Positions 1-11,500 of a stretch of 64,000 nucleotides of DNA are shown one piece after another. Source of the DNA: Auanema rhodensis (lineage: Eukaryota > Animalia > Nematoda); the NCBI GenBank assembly GCA_964057225.1, contig OZ059895.1:2170001-2234000 (forward strand), written 5' to 3'. Numbering within the stretch: position 1 is the first letter of the stretch; each line of letters starts with the position of its first letter. Both the position numbers and the translations under genes were made by a program. The notes under the pieces are model-generated. The model worked only from the letters and a program-made list of their open reading frames with translations, searched no databases and had not been told where the DNA came from.

Positions 1-68
1 TTTTCAAACGATCATAACTAATTTTTGTATTAAGCTTTTCTCAATGTAGTATAGTGCATTCGATGCGG

Positions 69-119
69 ATTTTTAAGCTGCGTCGATCTGTGTTATCAGA
101 TTTGCGCTAGCTTAAAAAT
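69..119. other. 51-nt imperfect inverted repeat (hairpin or cruciform potential), present in every monomer; coordinates for M1
   Basis: ATTTTTAAGCT (69-79) pairs perfectly with AGCTTAAAAAT (109-119). Inner pairs are GCG/CGC and ATCTG/CAGAT around a TGTTAT loop. Confidence 0.85.
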
Positions 120-136
120 GCACCGAGATATCAACT

Positions 137-158
137 GATATAAGTTCACACTTATATC
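137..158. other. Perfect 9-bp inverted repeat with 4-nt loop, in every monomer; coordinates for M1
   Basis: GATATAAGT-tcac-ACTTATATC. Confidence 0.9.
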
Positions 159-260
159 CTCGATTTTCACCCTGAAGAATTAATTTTTTCGTTGAATAAC
201 ATCGTCCATCGTCTTTGCCTTGAAAAATGGAATCTAAAAACATCTACTTTTTGCTAAATT

Positions 261-295
261 ATTTTGAAATTTTTCGAAAAAATTTTTGTCAAAAT
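261..295. other. Imperfect A/T-tract palindrome with perfect 12-bp core; coordinates for M1
   Basis: TTTTTCGAAAAA (270-281) is flanked by ATTTTGA (261-267) and TCAAAAT (289-295). Confidence 0.8.
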
Positions 296-308
296 GTTTT
301 TGGAAGCA

Positions 309-336
309 ATGTTGAGTGTACATGGAAACTCAACAT
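309..336. other. Perfect 9-bp inverted repeat with 10-nt loop; coordinates for M1
   Basis: ATGTTGAGT-gtacatggaa-ACTCAACAT. Confidence 0.9.
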
Positions 337-387
337 AAACTAATGCATCATTTTTCAAACGATCATAACTAATTTTTGTATTAAGCT

Positions 388-3300
388 TTTCTCAATGTAG
401 TATAGTGCATTCGATGCGGATTTTTAAGCTGCGTCGATCTGTGTTATCAGATTTGCGCTAGCTTAAAAATGCACCGAGATATCAACTGATATAAGTTCAC
501 ACTTATATCCTCGATTTTCACCCTGAAGAATTAATTTTTTCGTTGAATAACATCGTCCATCGTCTTTGCCTTGAAAAATGGAATCTAAAAACATCTACTT
601 TTTGCTAAATTATTTTGAAATTTTTCGAAAAAATTTTTGTCAAAATGTTTTTGGAAGCAATGTTGAGTGTACGTGGAAACTCAACATACACTAATGCATC
701 ATTTTTCAAACGATCATAACTAATTTTTGTATTATGCTTTTCTCAATGTAGTATAGTGCATTCGATGCGGATTTTTAAGCTGCGTCGATCTGTGTTATCA
801 GATTTGCGCTAGCTGAAAAATGCACCGAGATATCAACTGATATAAGTTCACACTTATATCCTCGATTTTCACCCTGAAGAATTAATTTTTTCGTTGAATA
901 ACATCGTCCATCGTCTTTGCCTTGAAAAATGGAATCTAAAAACATCTACTTTTTGCTAAATTATTTTGAAATTTTTCGAAAAAATTTTTGTCAAAATGTT
1001 TTTGGAAGCAATGTTGAGTGTACATGGAAACTCAACATACACTAATGCATCATTTTTCAAACGATCATAACTAATTTTTGTATTAAGCTTTTCTCAATGT
1101 AGTATAGTGCATTCGATGCGGATTTTTAAGCTGCGTCGATCTGTGTTATCAGATTTGCGCTAGCTTAAAAATGCACCGAGATATCAACTGATATAAGTTT
1201 ACACTTATATCCTCGATTTTCACCCTGAAGAATTAATTTTTTCGTTGAATAACATCGTCCATCGTCTTTGCCTTGAAAAATGGAATCTAAAAACATCTAC
1301 TTTTTGCTAAATTATTTTGAAATTTTTCGAAAAAATTTTTGTCAAAATGTTTTTGGAAGCAATGTTGAGTGTACGTGGAAACTCAACATACACTAATGCA
1401 TCATTTTTCAAACGATCATAACTAATTTTTGTATTATGCTTTTCTCAATGTAGTATAGTGCATTCAATGCGGATTTTTAAGCTGCGTCGATCTGTGTTAT
1501 CAGATTTGCGCTAGCTTAAAAATGCACCGAGATATCAACTGATATAAGTTTACACTTATATCCTCGATTTTCACCCTGAAGAATTAATTTTTTCGTTGAA
1601 TAACATTGTCCATCGTCTTTGCCTTGAAAAATGGAATCTAAAAACATCTACTTTTTGCTAAATTATTTTGAAATTTTTCGAAAAAATTTTTGTCAAAATG
1701 TTTTTGGAAGCAATGTTGAGTGTACATGGAAACTCAACATACACTAATGCATCATTTTTCAAACGATCATAACTAATTTTTGTATTAAGCTTTTCTCAAT
1801 GAAGTATAGTGCATTCGATGCGGATTTTTAAGCTGCGTCGATCTGTGTTATCAGATTTGCGCTAGCTGAAAAATGCACCGAGATATCAACTGATATAAGT
1901 TCACACTTATATCCTCGATTTTCACCCTGAAGAATTAATTTTTTCGTTGAATAACATCGTCCATCGTCTTTGCCTTGAAAAATGGAATCTAAAAACATCT
2001 ACTTTTTGCTAAATTATTTTGAAATTTTTCGAAAAAATTTTTGTCAAAATGTTTTTGGAAGCAATGTTGAGTGTACATGGAAACTCAACATACACTAATG
2101 CATCATTTTTCAAACGATCATACCTAATTTTTGTATTAAGCTTTTCTCAATGTAGTATAGTGCATTCGATGCGGATTTTTAAGCTGCGTCGATCTGTGTT
2201 ATCAGATTTGCGCTAGCTTAAAAATGCACCGAGATATCAACTGATATAAGTTTACACTTATATCCTCGATTTTCACCCTGAAGAATTAATTTTTTCGTTG
2301 AATAACATTGTCCATCGTCTTTGCCTTGAAAAATGGAATTTAAAAACATCTATTTTTTGCTAAATTGTTTCGAAATTTTTCGAAAAAATTTTTGTCAAAA
2401 TGTTTTTGGAAGCAATGTTGAGTGTACATGGAAACTCAACATACACTAATGCATCATTTTTCAAACGATCATAACTAATTTTTGTATTAAGCTTTTCTCA
2501 ATGTAGTATAGTGCATTCGATGCGGATTTTTAAGCTGCGTCGATCTGTGTTATCAGATTTGCGCTAGCTTAAAAATGCACCGAGATATCAACTGATATAA
2601 GTTCACACTTATATCCTCGATTTTCACCCTGAAGAATTAATTTTTTCGTTGAATAACATTGTCCATCTTCTTTGCCTTAAAAAATGGAATCTAAAAACAT
2701 CTACTTTTTGCTAAATTATTTTGAAATTTTTCGAAAAAATTTTTGTCAAAATGTTTTTGGAAGCAATGTTGAGTGTACATGGAAACTCAACATACACTAA
2801 TGCATCATTTTTCAAACGATCATAACTAATTTTTGTATTAAGCGTTTCTCAATGTAGTATAGTGCATTCGATGCGGATTTTTAAGCTGCGTCGATCTGTG
2901 TTATCAGATTTGCGCTAGCTTAAAAATGCACCGAGATATCAACTGATATAAGTTCACACTTATATCCTCGATTTTCACCCTGAAGAATTAATTTTTTCGT
3001 TGAATAACATCGTCCATCGTCTTTGCCTTGAAAAATGGAATCTAAAAACATCTACTTTTTGCTAAATTATTTTGAAATTTTTCGAAAAAATTTTTGTCAA
3101 AATGTTTTTGGAAGCAATGTTGAGTGTACGTGGAAACTCAACATACACTAATGCATCATTTTTCAAACGATCATAACTAATTTTTGTATTATGCTTTTCT
3201 CAATGTAGTATAGTGCATTCGATGCGGATTTTTAAGCTGCGTCGATCTGTGTTATCAGATTTGCGCTAGCTGAAAAATGCACCGAGATATCAACTGATAT

Positions 3301-5586
3301 AAGTTCACACTTATATCCTCGATTTTCACCCTGAAGAATTAATTTTTTCGTTGAATAACATCGTCCATCGTCTTTGCCTTGAAAAATGGAATCTAAAAAC
3401 ATCTACTTTTTGCTAAATTATTTTGAAATTTTTCGAAAAAATTTTTGTCAAAATGTTTTTGGAAGCAATGTTGAGTGTACATGGAAACTCAACATACACT
3501 AATGCATCATTTTTCAAACGATCATAACTAATTTTTGTATTAAGCTTTTCTCAATGTAGTATAGTGCATTCGATGCGGATTTTTAAGCTGCGTCGATCTG
3601 TGTTATCAGATTTGCGCTAGCTTAAAAATGCACCGAGATATCAACTGATATAAGTTTACACTTATATCCTCGATTTTCACCCTGAAGAATTAATTTTTTC
3701 GTTGAATAACATCGTCCATCGTCTTTGCCTTGAAAAATGGAATCTAAAAACATCTACTTTTTGCTAAATTATTTTGAAATTTTTCGAAAAAATTTTTGTC
3801 AAAATGTTTTTGGAAGCAATGTTGAGTGTACGTGGAAACTCAACATACACTAATGCATCATTTTTCAAACGATCATAACTAATTTTTGTATTATGCTTTT
3901 CTCAATGTAGTATAGTGCATTCAATGCGGATTTTTAAGCTGCGTCGATCTGTGTTATCAGATTTGCGCTAGCTTAAAAATGCACCGAGATATCAACTGAT
4001 ATAAGTTTACACTTATATCCTCGATTTTCACCCTGAAGAATTAATTTTTTCGTTGAATAACATTGTCCATCGTCTTTGCCTTGAAAAATGGAATCTAAAA
4101 ACATCTACTTTTTGCTAAATTATTTTGAAATTTTTCGAAAAAATTTTTGTCAAAATGTTTTTGGAAGCAATGTTGAGTGTACATGGAAACTCAACATACA
4201 CTAATGCATCATTTTTCAAACGATCATAACTAATTTTTGTATTAAGCTTTTCTCAATGAAGTATAGTGCATTCGATGCGGATTTTTAAGCTGCGTCGATC
4301 TGTGTTATCAGATTTGCGCTAGCTGAAAAATGCACCGAGATATCAACTGATATAAGTTCACACTTATATCCTCGATTTTCACCCTGAAGAATTAATTTTT
4401 TCGTTGAATAACATTGTCCATCGTCTTTGCCTTGAAAAATGGAATCTAAAAACATCTACTTTTTGCTAAATTATTTTGAAATTTTTCGAAAAAATTTTTG
4501 TCAAAATGTTTTTGGAAGCAATGTTGAGTGTACATGGAAACTCAACATACACTAATGCATCATTTTTCAAACGATCATACCTAATTTTTGTATTAAGCTT
4601 TTCTCAATGTAGTATAGTGCATTCGATGCGGATTTTTAAGCTGCGTCGATCTGTGTTATCAGATTTGCGCTAGCTTAAAAATGCACCGAGATATCAACTG
4701 ATATAAGTTTACACTTATATCCTCGATTTTCACCCTGAAGAATTAATTTTTTCGTTGAATAACATTGTCCATCGTCTTTGCCTTGAAAAATGGAATTTAA
4801 AAACATCTATTTTTTGCTAAATTGTTTCGAAATTTTTCGAAAAAATTTTTGTCAAAATGTTTTTGGAAGCAATGTTGAGTGTACATGGAAACTCAACATA
4901 CACTAATGCATCATTTTTCAAACGATCATAACTAATTTTTGTATTAAGCTTTTCTCAATGTAGTATAGTGCATTCGATGCGGATTTTTAAGCTGCGTCGA
5001 TCTGTGTTATCAGATTTGCGCTAGCTTAAAAATGCACCGAGATATCAACTGATATAAGTTCACACTTATATCCTCGATTTTCACCCTGAAGAATTAATTT
5101 TTTCGTTGAATAACATTGTCCATCTTCTTTGCCTTAAAAAATGGAATCTAAAAACATCTACTTTTTGCTAAATTATTTTGAAATTTTTCGAAAAAATTTT
5201 TGTCAAAATGTTTTTGGAAGCAATGTTGAGTGTACATGGAAACTCAACATACACTAATGCATCATTTTTCAAACGATCATAACTAATTTTTGTATTAAGC
5301 GTTTCTCAATGTAGTATAGTGCATTCGATGCGGATTTTTAAGCTGCGTCGATCTGTGTTATCAGATTTGCGCTAGCTTAAAAATGCACCGAGATATCAAC
5401 TGATATAAGTTCACACTTATATCCTCGATTTTCACCCTGAAGAATTAATTTTTTCGTTGAATAACATCGTCCATCGTCTTTGCCTTGAAAAATGGAATCT
5501 AAAAACATCTACTTTTTGCTAAATTATTTTGAAATTTTTCGAAAAAATTTTTGTCAAAATGTTTTTGGAAGCAATGTTGAGTGTAC
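388..5586 (+). repeat. 7-monomer (2,457 bp) tandem duplication within the array
   Basis: The variant series of M3-M8 (33T+113G; 147T+322G; 33T+62A+147T+203T; 47A+113G; 17C+147T+203T+234T+247T+261G+265C; 203T+211T+222A) repeats in M10-M15, with one difference (203T in M13). ORFs at 2019 and 4476 are 2,457 bp apart. Confidence 0.9.
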
Positions 5587-8500
5587 ATGGAAACTCAACA
5601 TACACTAATGCATCATTTTTCAAACGATCATAACTAATTTTTGTATTAAGCTTTTCTCAATGTAGTATAGTGCATTCGATGCGGATTTTTAAGCTGCGTC
5701 GATCTGTGTTATCAGATTTGCGCTAGCTTGAAAATGCACCGAGATATCAACTGATATAAGTTCACACTTATATCCTCGATTTTCACCCTGAAGAATTAAT
5801 TTTTTCGTTAAATAACATCGTCCATCGTCTTTGCCTTGAAAAATGGAATCTAAAAACATCTACTTTTTGCTAAATTATTTTGAAATTTTTCGAAAAAATT
5901 TTTGTCAAAATGTTTTTGGAAGCAATGTTGAGTGTACATGGAAACTCAACATACACTAATGCATCATTTTTCAAACGATCATAACTAATTTTTGTATTAA
6001 GCTTTTCTCAATGTAGTATAGTGCATTCGATGCGGATTTTTAAGCTGCGTCGATCTGTGTTATCAGATTTGCGCTAGCTTAAAAATGCACCGAGATATCA
6101 ACTGATATAAGTTTACACTTATATCCTCGATTTTCACCCTGAAGAATTAATTTTTTCGTTGAATAACATCGTCCATCGTCTTTGCCTTGCAAAATGGAAT
6201 CTAAAAACATCTACTTTTTGCTAAATTATTTTGAAATTTTTCGAAAAAATTTTTGTCAAAATGTTTTTGGAAGCAATGTTGAGTGTACGTGGAAACTCAA
6301 CATACACTAATGCATCATTTTTCAAACGATTATAACTAATTTTTGTATTAAGCTTTTCTCAATGTAGTATAGTGCATTCGATGCGGATTTTTAAGCTGCG
6401 TCGATCTGTGTTATCAGATTTGCGCTAGCTTAAAAATGCACCGAGATATCAACTGATATAAGTTCACACTTATATCCTCGATTTTCACCCTGAAGAATTA
6501 ATTTTTTCGTTGAATAACATCGTCCATCGTCTTTGCCTTGAAAAATGGAATCTAAAAACATCTACTTTTTGCTAAATTATTTTGAAATTTTTCGAAAAAA
6601 TTTTTGTCAAAATGTTTTTGGAAGCAATGTTGAGTGTACATGGAAACTCAACATACACTAATGCATCATTTTTCAAACGATCATACCTAATTTTTGTATT
6701 AAGCTTTTCTCAATGTAGTATAGTGCATTCGATGCGGATTTTTAAGCTGCGTCGATCTGTGTTATCAGATTTGCGCTAGCTTAAAAATGCACCGAGATAT
6801 CAACTGATATAAGTTTACACTTATATCCTCGATTTTCACCCTGAAGAATTAATTTTTTCGTTGAATAACATTGTCCATCGTCTTTGCCTTGAAAAATGGA
6901 ATTTAAAAACATCTATTTTTTGCTAAATTGTTTCGAAATTTTTCGAAAAAATTTTTGTCAAAATGTTTTTGGAAGCAATGTTGAGTGTACATGGAAACTC
7001 AACATACACTAATGCATCATTTTTCAAACGATCATAACTAATTTTTGTATTAAGCTTTTCTCAATGTAGTATAGTGCATTCGATGCGGATTTTTAAGCTG
7101 CGTCGATCTGTGTTATCAGATTTGCGCTAGCTTAAAAATGCACCGAGATATCAACTGATATAAGTTCACACTTATATCCTCGATTTTCACCCTGAAGAAT
7201 TAATTTTTTCGTTGAATAACATTGTCCATCTTCTTTGCCTTAAAAAATGGAATCTAAAAACATCTACTTTTTGCTAAATTATTTTGAAATTTTTCGAAAA
7301 AATTTTTGTCAAAATGTTTTTGGAAGCAATGTTGAGTGTACATGGAAACTCAACATACACTAATGCATCATTTTTCAAACGATCATAACTAATTTTTGTA
7401 TTAAGCGTTTCTCAATGTAGTATAGTGCATTCGATGCGGATTTTTAAGCTGCGTCGATCTGTGTTATCAGATTTGCGCTAGCTTAAAAATGCACCGAGAT
7501 ATCAACTGATATAAGTTCACACTTATATCCTCGATTTTCACCCTGAAGAATTAATTTTTTCGTTGAATAACATCGTCCATCGTCTTTGCCTTGAAAAATG
7601 GAATCTAAAAACATCTACTTTTTGCTAAATTATTTTGAAATTTTTCGAAAAAATTTTTGTCAAAATGTTTTTGGAAGCAATGTTGAGTGTACATGGAAAC
7701 TCAACATACACTAATGCATCATTTTTCAAACGATCATAACTAATTTTTGTATTAAGCTTTTCTCAATGTAGTATAGTGCATTCGATGCGGATTTTTAAGC
7801 TGCGTCGATCTGTGTTATCAGATTTGCGCTAGCTTGAAAATGCACCGAGATATCAACTGATATAAGTTCACACTTATATCCTCGATTTTCACCCTGAAGA
7901 ATTAATTTTTTCGTTAAATAACATCGTCCATCGTCTTTGCCTTGAAAAATGGAATCTAAAAACATCTACTTTTTGCTAAATTATTTTGAAATTTTTCGAA
8001 AAAATTTTTGTCAAAATGTTTTTGGAAGCAATGTTGAGTGTACATGGAAACTCAACATACACTAATGCATCATTTTTCAAACGATCATAACTAATTTTTG
8101 TATTAAGCTTTTCTCAATGTAGTATAGTGCATTCGATGCGGATTTTTAAGCTGCGTCGATCTGTGTTATCAGATTTGCGCTAGCTTAAAAATGCACCGAG
8201 ATATCAACTGATATAAGTTTACACTTATATCCTCGATTTTCACCCTGAAGAATTAATTTTTTCGTTGAATAACATCGTCCATCGTCTTTGCCTTGCAAAA
8301 TGGAATCTAAAAACATCTACTTTTTGCTAAATTATTTTGAAATTTTTCGAAAAAATTTTTGTCAAAATGTTTTTGGAAGCAATGTTGAGTGTACGTGGAA
8401 ACTCAACATACACTAATGCATCATTTTTCAAACGATTATAACTAATTTTTGTATTAAGCTTTTCTCAATGTAGTATAGTGCATTCGATGCGGATTTTTAA

Positions 8501-11500
8501 GCTGCGTCGATCTGTGTTATCAGATTTGCGCTAGCTTAAAAATGCACCGAGATATCAACTGATATAAGTTCACACTTATATCCTCGATTTTCACCCTGAA
8601 GAATTAATTTTTTCGTTGAATAACATCGTCCATCGTCTTTGCCTTGAAAAATGGAATCTAAAAACATCTACTTTTTGCTAAATTATTTTGAAATTTTTCG
8701 AAAAAATTTTTGTCAAAATGTTTTTGGAAGCAATGTTGAGTGTACATGGAAACTCAACATACACTAATGCATCATTTTTCAAACGATCATAACTAATTTT
8801 TGTATTAAGCTTTTCTCAATGTAGTATAGTGCATTCGATGCGGATTTTTAAGCTGCGTCGATCTGTGTTATCAGATTTGCGCTAGCTTAAAAATGCACCG
8901 AGATATCAACTGATATAAGTTCACACTTATATCCTCGATTTTCACCCTGAAGAATTAATTTTTTCGTTGAATAACATTGTCCATCGTCTTTGCCTTGAAA
9001 AATGGAATTTAAAAACATCTATTTTTTGCTAAATTGTTTCGAAATTTTTCGAAAAAATTTTTGTCAAAATGTTTTTGGAAGCAATGTTGAGTGTACATGG
9101 AAACTCAACATACACTAATGCATCATTTTTCAAACGATCATAACTAATTTTTGTATTAAGCTTTTCTCAATGTAGTATAGTGCATTCGATGCGGATTTTT
9201 AAGCTGCGTCGATCTGTGTTATCAGATTTGCGCTAGCTTAAAAATGCACCGAGATATCAACTGATATAAGTTCACACTTATATCCTCGATTTTCACCCTG
9301 AAGAATTAATTTTTTCGTTGAATAACATTGTCCATCTTCTTTGCCTTAAAAAATGGAATCTAAAAACATCTACTTTTTGCTAAATTATTTTGAAATTTTT
9401 CGAAAAAATTTTTGTCAAAATGTTTTTGGAAGCAATGTTGAGTGTACATGGAAACTCAACATACACTAATGCATCATTTTTCAAACGATCATAACTAATT
9501 TTTGTATTAAGCGTTTCTCAATGTAGTATAGTGCATTCGATGCGGATTTTTAAGCTGCGTCGATCTGTGTTATCAGATTTGCGCTAGCTTAAAAATGCAC
9601 CGAGATATCAACTGATATAAGTTCACACTTATATCCTCGATTTTCACCCTGAAGAATTAATTTTTTCGTTGAATAACATCGTCCATCGTCTTTGCCTTGA
9701 AAAATGGAATCTAAAAACATCTACTTTTTGCTAAATTATTTTGAAATTTTTCGAAAAAATTTTTGTCAAAATGTTTTTGGAAGCAATGTTGAGTGTACAT
9801 GGAAACTCAACATACACTAATGCATCATTTTTCAAACGATCATAACTAATTTTTGTATTAAGCTTTTCTCAATGTAGTATAGTGCATTCGATGCGGATTT
9901 TTAAGCTGCGTCGATCTGTGTTATCAGATTTGCGCTAGCTTGAAAATGCACCGAGATATCAACTGATATAAGTTCACACTTATATCCTCGATTTTCACCC
10001 TGAAGAATTAATTTTTTCGTTAAATAACATCGTCCATCGTCTTTGCCTTGAAAAATGGAATCTAAAAACATCTACTTTTTGCTAAATTATTTTGAAATTT
10101 TTCGAAAAAATTTTTGTCAAAATGTTTTTGGAAGCAATGTTGAGTGTACATGGAAACTCAACATACACTAATGCATCATTTTTCAAACGATCATAACTAA
10201 TTTTTGTATTAAGCTTTTCTCAATGTAGTATAGTGCATTCGATGCGGATTTTTAAGCTGCGTCGATCTGTGTTATCAGATTTGCGCTAGCTTAAAAATGC
10301 ACCGAGATATCAACTGATATAAGTTTACACTTATATCCTCGATTTTCACCCTGAAGAATTAATTTTTTCGTTGAATAACATCGTCCATCGTCTTTGCCTT
10401 GCAAAATGGAATCTAAAAACATCTACTTTTTGCTAAATTATTTTGAAATTTTTCGAAAAAATTTTTGTCAAAATGTTTTTGGAAGCAATGTTGAGTGTAC
10501 GTGGAAACTCAACATACACTAATGCATCATTTTTCAAACGATTATAACTAATTTTTGTATTAAGCTTTTCTCAATGTAGTATAGTGCATTCGATGCGGAT
10601 TTTTAAGCTGCGTCGATCTGTGTTATCAGATTTGCGCTAGCTTAAAAATGCACCGAGATATCAACTGATATAAGTTCACACTTATATCCTCGATTTTCAC
10701 CCTGAAGAATTAATTTTTTCGTTGAATAACATCGTCCATCGTCTTTGCCTTGAAAAATGGAATCTAAAAACATCTACTTTTTGCTAAATTATTTTGAAAT
10801 TTTTCGAAAAAATTTTTGTCAAAATGTTTTTGGAAGCAATGTTGAGTGTACATGGAAACTCAACATACACTAATGCATCATTTTTCAAACGATCATAACT
10901 AATTTTTGTATTAAGCTTTTCTCAATGTAGTATAGTGCATTCGATGCGGATTTTTAATCTGCGTCGATCTGTGTTATCAGATTTGCGCTAGCTTAAAAAT
11001 GCACCGAGATATCAACTGATATAAGTTCACACTTATATCCTCGATTTTCACCCTGAAGAATTAATTTTTTCGTTGAATAACATCGTCCATCGTCTTTGCC
11101 TTGAAAAATGGAATCTAAAAACATCTACTTTTTGCTAAATTATTTTGAAATTTTTCGAAAAAATTTTTGTCAAAATGTTTTTGGAAGCAATGTTGAGTGT
11201 ACATGGAAACTCAACATACACTAATGCATCATTTTTCAAACGATCATAACTAATTTTTGTATTAAGCTTTTCTCAATGTAGTATAGTGCATTCGATGCGG
11301 ATTTTTAAGCTGCGTCGATCTGTGTTATCAGATTTGCGCTAGCTTAAAAATGCACCGAGATATCAACTGATATAAGTTTACACTTATATCCTCGATTTTC
11401 ACCCTGAAGAATTAATTTTTTCGTTGAATAACATCGTCCATCGTCTTTGCCTTGAAAAATGGAATCTAAAAACATCTACTTTTTGCTAAATTATTTTGAA

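Noticed and set aside
69-119. Conserved structured ncRNA
   Set aside because: Stem variants (75T, 77T, 110A, 113G, 116C) are not compensated. There is no tRNA, 5S or snRNA resemblance and no evidence of transcription from sequence alone.
187-203. CENP-B box-like TTTCGTTGAATAACATC
   Set aside because: It matches only TTCG and the central A of nTTCGnnnnAnnCGGGn. The essential CGGG is missing.
172-336. Possible satellite-encoded hammerhead ribozyme (CTGAAGA at 172-178, GAAAC at 325-329 next to a stem)
   Set aside because: No stem II closes between CTGAAGA and any downstream GAAA, and no stem I forms. The would-be cleavage triplet is GUG, not NUH. An Infernal search with hammerhead models would settle it.
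1-351. Monomer as an ancient dimer of about 175-bp subunits
   Set aside because: Only weak AT-rich similarity was found (AACTAATTTTTGT versus AATTAATTTTTTCGT, offset about 162). There is no convincing alignment by eye.
1-351. Assignment to a named satellite family (e.g. Drosophila 1.688/359-bp or tenebrionid 350-360-bp satellites)
   Set aside because: The size class and AT content are similar, but I recognise no sequence match. A database search is needed.
2019-6779. Three identical 65-aa plus-strand ORFs (2019, 4476, 6582)
   Set aside because: They start at TTG and exist only where the 17A>C allele turns TAA into TAC. The composition is F/K/S-rich satellite translation with no recognisable domain. 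They are useful only as HOR markers.
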